NCBI GenBank assembly: GCA_051362555.1
Contig: CM120642.1
Location: 32,550,001 to 32,614,000 of the forward strand
Length of the DNA: 64,000 bases
From: Lingula anatina
Taxonomy: Eukaryota; Animalia; Brachiopoda
Reading direction: 5' to 3'
Below, piece by piece: positions 55,143-64,000 of the stretch. The first letter of the stretch is position 1. Each line of letters starts with the position of its first letter. Below the pieces are notes generated by a model, which had not been told where the DNA came from, did no database searches, and saw only the letters and a list, made by a program, of their open reading frames with translations. A program made the position numbers and the translations under genes.

Positions 55143-58100
55143 TCATTCCAGGAAGAGAGGCTGCAGCTTTTTCCATTTTTCATTAAATTTATCTATTGTC
55201 ATGTTTCTCAGACTTATATTTCTCTCTGCGATGTAGGCCTGTCTCCATTCTATTTTAATATTTTCTATGTTCGGGGTAATGTTTTTCATTTTAAATTTAT
55301 ATATAATAAATTTTGTTATGATCAGCAAACTGTTGAGCGCATTGCATTTCAAATTTGGAATTCCTAGAATTATATCAGATGCTGTTAATTGTAATACAAG
55401 TCCAGTCTTTAAATGGATCCAGTCTTGTATTTTTGCCCAAAGGGGAGCAATTACTTTGCACTCAATAAATAAGTGTTGAAGAGTTTCAGGGTGTTCGTTA
55501 CAGAAGGAGCAGGTCTCTGTGTCTTTTATCCCAATTTTTCGTAGAAAATTATTTGTAGCTAAAATTCTTTTTGATACTCTAAATTGAAACCAGCGCAGTT
55601 TAGTATCTAAAGTACATTGGAAAGGAATGTTATTCAAGATTTTCCACTCTTCAGCTGTGAGAGGTTCTTTAGAAAGGAGTTCCCATTTTGACATTGCATT
55701 AGTCTTTTTCATTTCGTTTGAGTTCAAAATATTGTAAAAAGGTTTCCCCCCTTTTGTAAATTTTAATAGCCATTTAAGTTGGGTTGAAATTATAGGGAGC
55801 TCAATTTTTTCATGTAAATTGTCTATATTCATTTGTTTTTGAAATTTTTTTACTGCGCATAGTATACTTGTGAACGTAACATAATTTATTATATTCCCGT
55901 GCCTTTCCTTGAACTGTTGGTATGTGAGGTAATTTCCCTCTGTATCGATCAAGTCATTTATGTTTCTTATACCTATTTTATTACAGGTTCTTATAAGAAT
56001 AGGATTGTTTTTTATCCGTATTTTATCATTTAGCCATAAACATTCTTTTAAAAAATTTTCTTTTGTATCAATCTTTTTATTCTTTAACAGTCTGCACCAT
56101 GCATCAATGACTTGATTCCAAAAAGCATTTTTTGATCCGTTCTTAATTTTTTGCATTTCAGACATTCCCATTTCAGACCAGTGTACACCCTTACTTTCAG
56201 GGATCAGACTAAGGAAAAAGAAAGACCATTTTGAATTTTTGTGCATGATTCTCCTGAGCCATGAAATTTTTAGGGAATCAATATAGTTTCTAATATCGGG
56301 GACTTTTATACCTCCATTTGAGTACGACTGTGTCATTATATCTCGTTTTACTCTTTCAATATTTCCATTCCATATGAAATTAAAGCACATTTTTTGTATT
56401 TTGTCTACATATTTGTTTGGTATTGGCAATGTGGAAAATAAATGAGTCATTTTTGGAAGGATCAGTGATTTAAAAATTACATTTCTCCCCAAAACTGTTA
56501 GCGATCGGTGAGTCCATTGTTTCATAGTTCTTTCCATATCTTCGAGTTTCTCTCTATAATTTTTCTCAATCATTTCATGTAAATTTACTGAGAAATCTAT
56601 TCCAAGGATTCTGAAAAAACGTTCATTCCAATCGAGATTCAACTCTTTACACATGCTCTCTTGTGAGTCTTTCTTGCTTCCGAACCAGTTTAATTTAGTT
56701 TTTTGATTGTTCATTTGTAGTCCAGAAAATTGGGAGAATTCATTTAGAACCTTTAGGGTATTTCTTAAACTTTTTTCAGTCCCATCCAACACAATAGTTG
56801 TGTCATCAGCATACTGGGAGATGAGAAAAGTTTGATTATGTATTGTAATGCCCTTTATGTCTATTTCATTTTTTAACATGATACTTAGTATCTCAGCACA
56901 AAGAATGAAAAGGTAAGGGGAGATGGGATCCCCCTGACGGCAACCCCGAGAAAGATTGAAGAAAGAAGAGGCAAAACCATTAACCAAGACACACGAAGAG
57001 GAGTCTTTAAGGAAGAGTTTTATCCATTTTATGATAGATTCTCCAAAGCCAAAGAATTCAAAGGTTTTTTCGATTAAACCCCAGTCGATTGAATCGAAAG
57101 CCTTAGCAAAATCGATTTGCATCAACAGACCTGGTATTTCATGTGCGTCACAGTATTCAATTAAGTCGAAAATGGTCCGTGTATTCTCACCTATGTATCT
57201 GCCCGCCATAAACCCATTTTGGTCTTCATTTATTAATATTGGTAATACTTTCTTTATTCGATTCGTTATACATGCCGAGGCGAGTTTATACACAACATTA
57301 AGTAGTGATATCGGTCTTAGGTTTTTTAACGAGTTGGTAGGCTTATTATGTTTAGGTAGAAGGACGATTATACCCCGGGTAAGAGTTATAGGTAGTTTGT
57401 CTTTTTCGTATGCCTCGTTTATACATCTTATTAAAAAACTATTCAGTTCTTTCCAAAAGAATTTGAAAAATTCGTAAGTAAACCCGTCGGTACCTGGGCT
57501 CTTTTCATTTTTCGTTTGTCTTAATACTGTATAGAGTTCAGCGTAGTTTATCTTTCCTTCGAGCGAGGATGCTTCGGCTTCGGTCAATTTTGGAGTTTCA
57601 ATATTTTCCAATCGAGTTTTTATGTCTACTGATTTGTGATTTTGTTTCTTAAATAAATTTTCGTAAAAGCGTGCGGTTTCTTTGAGAATCTCATTTTGTT
57701 CAGTAAGGATATTTCCGTTATCTGTTACCAGTTTAGTTATTGACTTATTTGTAAAATTGCGATTTTCCAGTGCTAAAAAGTATTTTGATGTTTTTTCTCC
57801 GTATTCTATCCATCTTTCTTTTGATCTTATCATTATGCCTTTTACTTTTATTTTTCTTATATTTTCCAGTTTCATCTTTTCCTTATTTATCATTTCAAGA
57901 ATTTCTTCTTTTTTGTCTAATTCGGCCTCATTTTTAAGATCATTCTCTAGGTCGTTTATAGTATTTTCCACTTGTTTTTCCTCTGACTCTCTTTTCTTTT
58001 TTATCCTAGCACCAAAAGCAATCGTTTTCCCCCTAATTTTCATTAAGAGAGTTTCAAGAAATAGCCCATCGCTTATAGTTAACTGTAAAGAATGTCTGTC

Positions 58101-59000
58101 AATATTCAGTATGTTATCTCTATTATAGGGCGTTGCTGCATACTCTAAGATAGTTTCATTGATTATCTGCTTTACTATATCGGCATACTCACTTTCATAT
58201 AAGTGGGAGTTATTGAATTTCCAAAAACCTTTTCCGTGTTTAATTTTCCTTTTTAACTGTAAGTCCAGAGTTATAATGGAGTGGTCGCTCTTATAACCTG
58301 GAATAATCTGACTATCTTCGATATAATTTGTAATGGTTGTGGAAACAATAAAATAATCTAACCTTGCCTGTTTAAAAGGCGTAGGCTGCCGCCATGTATA
58401 CTGTCTAACATCCTCATGCATTTCCCTCCATATGTCGTGCCAGTTATGTAATTCCATCAAGGTATAAAGTTGATTAGAGGCCTTGGGGTTATTTTTATGT
58501 TTATAGTTATATGTGTCCTTCTCTTGGTTTAATACTAAGTTAAAGTCCCCACAGATAATATGATCCTGATTTCCAAAATTCATTATTGTCTCGTGTATTT
58601 TAAAGAAAAATTCAGGTGAATCATTATTGGGACCATACAGATTTATGAGTGAAATGTCTTTTTCATCTACTATCATACTAAGAGCAATAAAGTTTCCGTT
58701 AGTGTCTTTCTCAACCTCCTTAATTTTATATTCAAAATTATTGTTAACCAATATTGCAACTCCTCTTGAATTAGAGGTTCCATGACTGAAAAAGCATTTA
58801 AAGCCCCATTCAGCTGCTATATATTTTTCCATAGATAATGTACTATGAGTATCTTGTAAACAGTAGATGGAAAAGGATTTCTTCCGCAAGAAATTGAACA
58901 CATCTAACCGCTTATTTCGGTCCCCAAGACCCCTACAATTTACTGAGCATATTTTAATATTTGATTTAATCTGTGTATATCTACCAGGTTTCTGCCGCAT
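55143..59000 (-). CDS. ORF2: APE endonuclease + reverse transcriptase + C-terminal zinc-binding (zf-RVT) domain, 1285 aa
   Basis: SVNCRGL, CLQDTH, NLYGPN, GDFN, RLDY, SDH; GFWKFN; PGTDG, RPISLLN, QNGF, DFAKAFD, GCRQGDPISPYLF, QYADD; CSFC..ETLQHLFIEC. No stops. Confidence 0.97.
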   Translation of the reverse strand: MRQKPGRYTQIKSNIKICSVNCRGLGDRNKRLDVFNFLRKKSFSIYCLQDTHSTLSMEKYIAAEWGFKCFFSHGTSNSRGVAILVNNNFEYKIKEVEKDTNGNFIALSMIVDEKDISLINLYGPNNDSPEFFFKIHETIMNFGNQDHIICGDFNLVLNQEKDTYNYKHKNNPKASNQLYTLMELHNWHDIWREMHEDVRQYTWRQPTPFKQARLDYFIVSTTITNYIEDSQIIPGYKSDHSIITLDLQLKRKIKHGKGFWKFNNSHLYESEYADIVKQIINETILEYAATPYNRDNILNIDRHSLQLTISDGLFLETLLMKIRGKTIAFGARIKKKRESEEKQVENTINDLENDLKNEAELDKKEEILEMINKEKMKLENIRKIKVKGIMIRSKERWIEYGEKTSKYFLALENRNFTNKSITKLVTDNGNILTEQNEILKETARFYENLFKKQNHKSVDIKTRLENIETPKLTEAEASSLEGKINYAELYTVLRQTKNEKSPGTDGFTYEFFKFFWKELNSFLIRCINEAYEKDKLPITLTRGIIVLLPKHNKPTNSLKNLRPISLLNVVYKLASACITNRIKKVLPILINEDQNGFMAGRYIGENTRTIFDLIEYCDAHEIPGLLMQIDFAKAFDSIDWGLIEKTFEFFGFGESIIKWIKLFLKDSSSCVLVNGFASSFFNLSRGCRQGDPISPYLFILCAEILSIMLKNEIDIKGITIHNQTFLISQYADDTTIVLDGTEKSLRNTLKVLNEFSQFSGLQMNNQKTKLNWFGSKKDSQESMCKELNLDWNERFFRILGIDFSVNLHEMIEKNYREKLEDMERTMKQWTHRSLTVLGRNVIFKSLILPKMTHLFSTLPIPNKYVDKIQKMCFNFIWNGNIERVKRDIMTQSYSNGGIKVPDIRNYIDSLKISWLRRIMHKNSKWSFFFLSLIPESKGVHWSEMGMSEMQKIKNGSKNAFWNQVIDAWCRLLKNKKIDTKENFLKECLWLNDKIRIKNNPILIRTCNKIGIRNINDLIDTEGNYLTYQQFKERHGNIINYVTFTSILCAVKKFQKQMNIDNLHEKIELPIISTQLKWLLKFTKGGKPFYNILNSNEMKKTNAMSKWELLSKEPLTAEEWKILNNIPFQCTLDTKLRWFQFRVSKRILATNNFLRKIGIKDTETCSFCNEHPETLQHLFIECKVIAPLWAKIQDWIHLKTGLVLQLTASDIILGIPNLKCNALNSLLIITKFIIYKFKMKNITPNIENIKIEWRQAYIAERNISLRNMTIDKFNEKWKKLQPLFLE

Positions 59001-59439
59001 ATGTATATACGACAGAAAATAAATTTACATCGCACAGTCATATTCTAAGTGTAGGTAAAGCAATCGTACTGAGGTATCAAATCTAAGTGTTTCGTTGTTG
59101 CAAACTAATAGGGATAACTTAACTACATATATATCGGTTATACTATATAATGCGTTATCAAATTCACTTCCATCCATCCACGCATACAATATACCACTTG
59201 TACCCATTCTACCAGAATTGACATACACACCAAGACAAACTATCGAAAACACACACATACACAGGATAGTACTAATAACTAGTAATTAAAAAAAATAATG
59301 ATAATAATAATGATAATAATAATTTGATGCTAGAGCGGCTAGCTAACAGTTACCGCTCTGCTGTTTATAACTACTTTCAGTTTTACATTGATTTTTATTG
59401 TCCAAAATTTCAGTGTCCGTATAAAGTTCATTTTCAGGC

Positions 59440-59700
59440 TTATTGTTTTAATTTGGTGTCGATATCGTCGAATATGTCGAATGTATATCGGCGACCGTCA
59501 TTTCTTATGGCAAATATTCTGCCATTGAAGTACCAGGCTGAATGTACAGCTTCTTTACCTTTTAGAATTTTGATCAACTCAGCATTTTTCTGAGTAATGT
59601 GATCGAACATTATAAAGTTACCTTTCAGTGCTTGTCTATGCTTGATAACTTTCGTTTTTTCCTCGGTGTTAACGAATTTGGCTATAACGGGTCTTGCGCC
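59440..59700 (-). CDS. ORF1 C-terminal fragment (L1 ORF1p-like RRM/CTD), 5'-truncated
   Basis: GARPVIAKFVNTEEKTKVIKHRQALKGNFIMFDHITQKNAELIKILKGKEAVHSAWYFNGRIFAIRNDGRRYTFDIFDDIDTKLKQ*. No start codon, so it is absent from the ORF track; the frame closes at a TAA near 59716 in host sequence. Confidence 0.85.
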   Translation of the reverse strand, partial: GARPVIAKFVNTEEKTKVIKHRQALKGNFIMFDHITQKNAELIKILKGKEAVHSAWYFNGRIFAIRNDGRRYTFDIFDDIDTKLKQ

Positions 59701-62700
59701 TCCGTACTGCCTGGGTTAGTGGAAGAAGACGGTAAATATCAGTACAGTAGATATTGGGTTTCAGAGTTGCACGCGCTTGGAGATAGACTTCCCTCATCTA
59801 GTGAAAATTTAACATGGCTATTAAGTTAATTCTAGTAAACTCTTATTCACCTAGTCAACCAAAGTAACTGAGCGTATACTGCAATCACAGTTATTGTATA
59901 AACAATATTGTAATTTACTATTGTAATTTTAGTTATATGATTATATAATGTATACTGTTAGGTCATAGTCAATGTACTTGAGCCGCAATAAATAATAATA
60001 ATAATAAATATTCTTATGGCGATAAAGCCTTTACATTTGCCATGTGATGTCAATACAATGCACGTTCATGTATAGCGTAAGGAGGCACGTGTGAATAAGT
60101 ATCGTAGATCTACAGTGTATGTGACATCAATAATACGCACAGTTTTGAGCGTATGAAATTCATTACTTCATTCTCAGTATCAATTAACGAATGATTTTGC
60201 CTGAAAATTCATCAAAATTCGTCCACAACTTTTTGAGTGACGAAGCTACAAACCTATCAGAAATTAAAGATGCAGAAATTATCATCGTTACCTGCCAAAC
60301 CTAAAACTATTTTTATTAATTGCTATGGCCTGTTTTTACTATTGCTATTTTTTAAAAGGAGTTCTCACTGTACTTTTGTTACAGATGATAGAATTAAAAG
60401 CGATAACTTAGGTATATTCTTCAGGTGCCGGAATTGTACGCAAGAACGGTCATGCGTGGAAAGAGCTTCGAAGGATGGCCATTTCGACCCTCAGAGATTT
60501 CGGCATGGGGAAGACTTCCCTAGAGGCAAAAATCCGGGAAGAAGCCAGATGCTTCGTTCAGGGGATAGAAGCCAAGGACGGGAAACCGTTTGATCCAAAG
60601 TTATTGATCACACACACTGTCAATAACATTATATCAACTATTGTATTTGGATCAAGGTAAAACAAGTTTTTTTTTTGGAGTCACCTACTGTATGAACAAC
60701 ATGGTCGTTTTGTAATACATATTTTTGTTTTTAGATAAAAATGACCATATTTTAAGTGGTTTAATTGGATAGATATTATCTAAGAGACAGACAAACGGAC
60801 AACTAGTGGACCGTCAGACAGACAAACTGGAGGACCAACCAAACATTTATGATAACATGTTGGATAATCTTTCAAGCGAATTTCTGTTTTAGGCATGAAA
60901 TCGACGACCCTTTTTTCTCCACAATGCAGCAAAAGTTGGAAGAGTTGTTTCGCACTTTTGGGTTGGGTTTAACAACCTTTTTACCATGGGCCGAAATATT
61001 TATGCCAAGCACTGAGGTAAAGTTGTTGTTGTTGTTGTTGTGTGTCTGGACCCCCATGGCATCTCCCTAAATCCGTTATCGAGCACAATTTTCTTTTGGT
61101 ACATCACGAAAATGTAAAATAATACAGCAAATGTAGCCACATTGCAAGTGGCGTAACGTCACATAAGATTCTCATATTAGTCTCTTATGTCAACTGTATG
61201 ACATGATAACTCATCATTTCGTATTTTCCTCCCCATAACGCATACATCTGATATATTACGTTATGTATGGTGCATTTTTTAATGTTCAGAATTACAAAAA
61301 GCTGCGTGTCGAGAAGATGAAAGAGCTAACCGAAATGATCAAAACAGAAGTCGAGGAACACAGGAAGACATTCGACCCTGAAAATATAAGGGATTTTATC
61401 GACTGTTATCTCAAAACGCTACAGGAGGAAAAATATTTAGACGTCTTTACAGGTACGACATTAAGGCGATTTACTCCGTAAAGATAAAAGAATGTTGTTC
61501 TGAAAATATTTTGCTTTAAGCAATGCACTCTGATTTTCAAATTTTCATGTATGTTGCTTCATAAATCATAGGATAATTTTACCATAAAATGGTCATAATT
61601 TCTTTCCAGAAAAAAACGTCTTCTTCGTGATAGTGGACCTGTACCTGGCTGGAACAGAAACCACTGCCAGCGCCCTGCAGTGGGGTGTCGTTCACATGAT
61701 GCATCACCCTGATGTTCAACAGAAGGTCCAGGCCGAGATTGACAGGGCAAGTAATCTATAAACACCCTGTGAGTCAAAGGCTCTTTTCGCATCGAGAGGG
61801 TCAGTTTTCTGTGCCGATACAGTTGGAGTGATTGACAATTTTCAGATATGTGTGAATGTGTAGTTAGACATTATTTATGTAGTAATTGCAATCCTCATAA
61901 CGCCAGTGTCTACATATCATGCAAATAATACAGTTAATAATGTACAGTATACGAAGAACCACGATTGGCGTGCCTAACAACCCATGAAATCTCAATAAAC
62001 CGTAACAATTTGAAACACCGTTTAGCAAATAACTACATGTAACTAACTTACTAACTAAATAAATAAAGAAATAAATACACATTTTTAACATTATAAATTC
62101 AATTTTCAAGTAACCACAAGGAGAATTGCTTAAACTAATCAGCTGAATTTTTATCCGTTGCCACAGGTTATCGGTCGTGAGAAAGTCCCTTGCTATGAAG
62201 ATCGCCACAAGATGCCGTACACAGAAGCTACAGTGCTGGAAATTATGAGACGCTCCCCTGTTGGTATGTAATGACGCTAACGTTGCTGCAAGATTTTGTG
62301 TTCTTATCCGAGAAAATTCTCTTCTGATAGAAAACCTTGCGTCAATTGTGTTTCTTAGTGTCAAATAAACACATGCAGTATATCACTCGAACTATACCGA
62401 GACACCTCGGACATTTTACTGTGTCGCTCTTCTCATAACACATCATCCGGGTATAAGTTTTCGAAGTAGTTCGTCTTTCATCATTAAAAAAAATTCCATG
62501 TCGCCAAAATTGTTCAAAGGAGTGCTTACTTTAAAAGAGTTTAAATGTGATCAATTTTCATTTTAATCTGCTGTTATGTATGTATTTCTACAACTATTTG
62601 ATGACCTACCCCAGCTATATACATAATAAATCTTGTCTCAAACATTGCATGATTATTTTTCATTTTTCAAAATTAAATGGTTTATAAAATTTCAAGTGAT

Positions 62701-64000
62701 AAAAGCTGTCAGTGTTCTAGATTTTTGGTAAGATCATGTGGAATGTTTTTTTAGTTTTGTTTCACTAAGACGTGTTCTTTCATTAATTTTTATCCTGAAA
62801 GAAAAGACGACCATCCACCACCCCACTCCCAGGAATGGATTAAAACTGCTTGGCACCCAAAGAATCAATTTTCATTCATTTTCTAAAATGTTTCAAAGTG
62901 TACACGTTTTTCAAATGTTCCCATTGAGGGTTGGGGGCAGGGGGGGGGGGGGCGTGTTTTAGCTGTTGAAGTTGTTGAAGGCACGATATGTGGTTACATT
63001 CAGAATGTGGAACCCTTTTCAGCACCCAACAGCCTCGCACATGCTACAAGTGAGACTGTAGAGCTACGTGGATATACCATCCCTGCCAACACACTGGTCA
63101 TACCGGATATAGGACGAGTCCTTAAGAGCCCCAGCTACTGGGAAGATCCGTTGGAATTCAGACCGGAACGATGGCTGGACAAAACCGGGAAGGTTTTGAA
63201 GAATGACAAATATATACCGTTTTCAATCGGTACGTTTTGCTCCGTGGAATAGACAATTCTGAACAAAAACTAAACAAGAGTAATTGTATTTTGTGCGACG
63301 ATTGTATTTCAGCTTTGCAAAAACCATTAAATACTTATTGCCTATATTGTGATTCAAAGTGAAACACTCGAAAGATTAATTATCACTTTTAAACGGTTGA
63401 TTCTAATATTAGGATGCACTAATATTAAGGATGCCTATTCATTTTGCCTTCATTTTAGGGCCACGTGTGTGCCCAGGGAAAAATTTAGCAGAAATTGAAG
63501 ACTTCATTTTCTTTACTACGATGCTACAACATTTTACATTCCAAAATGTCCCCGGTCAGGAGTTACCGGATGTCACCAAAGGACCGTTTCACGTGACCTT
63601 TGAACCGTACCCTTTTCAGGTGCGCGCAGTTCGGCGATAAGATTGTATAGGAGGTACAACCGGAGTCATCCGCAGGACTGGGGGCCGTATCTGGTCCCGT
63701 GGCACTGTAACTTTCAGTTGAGATAATTAATTAAGAAGAGACGAAAAGTTTGGCCAAAATTCATCTAATGTAGACCTCCTAATTTGGCCTGTTTATTAAA
63801 AGCAATGTTTAAAGAACGAAACGTCTTAATAACTATCTGGAACTAAACCAGATACCGTCAACTTGTACATGTATCTACATTATTTGCTTGCGGAAATAAC
63901 TTTTAAATTAAAGTTCCTTTCTCTAGATCGGAGGATCAACAAATGGACGTTTGAGTCGATCATTTTAATTGATCATTGACTTATAAAAGAATAGTCTATG

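Larger units (their letters stand above)
54800..59700 (-). mobile_element. 5'-truncated L1/Tx1-clade non-LTR retrotransposon (~4.9 kb)
   Basis: ORF1 3' remnant, inter-ORF spacer with (AAT)n, intact ORF2, ~300-bp 3' UTR, AATAAA running into a poly-A tail (T-runs 54815-54826 and 54830-54844 on +). Confidence 0.93.
54461..63640 (+). pseudogene. Cytochrome P450, CYP2 clan (~503 aa when reconstructed), disrupted in exon 1 by a retrotransposon
   Basis: Exon 1 is split as 54461-~54799 plus ~59701-59731, followed by 60425-60656, 60893-61016, 61290-61452, 61610-61746, 62167-62263, 63023-63229, 63459-63640 (1512 nt open). Motifs: TM anchor, PPGPRPLPIIGN, WKELRR, LRDFGMGK, AGTETT, EIMR, PERW, FSIGPRVCPG. 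Confidence 0.9.

Noticed and set aside
55267-58128. Plus-strand ORFs inside the retrotransposon
   Set aside because: Antisense shadows of ORF2 with F/I/S-rich composition.

Overview
AT-rich, intron-containing animal genomic DNA; a marine invertebrate, plausibly an echinoderm, is an inference from gene and transposon style only. From left to right: (1) a badly decayed LINE endonuclease remnant; (2) an intact U6 snRNA gene (1994-2100) with PSE and TATA box and a covarying variant 5' stem; (3) a fossil THAP-domain transposase whose THAP resembles THAP11/Ronin; (4) a young duplicated cluster of secreted PAN/apple + fibrinogen-related-domain (FReD) genes, with three 5-exon copies (two on +, one inverted on -) plus one orphan last exon, whose differences concentrate in an atypical Cys-rich ligand-binding subdomain; (5) an uncharacterised ~820-aa gene on - with a 30-nt microexon and a 3.4-kb nest of DNA transposons in one intron; (6) head-to-head with it, INPP5E (12 coding exons, ~827 aa, CaaX); (7) a CYP2-clan P450 gene whose first coding exon is split by a 4.9-kb antisense, 5'-truncated L1/Tx1-type retrotransposon with intact ORF2 and no real target-site duplication. 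A solo LTR and several MITEs have readable TIRs and TSDs. Exon boundaries were derived by hand from splice signals and reading phase; no database search was run.
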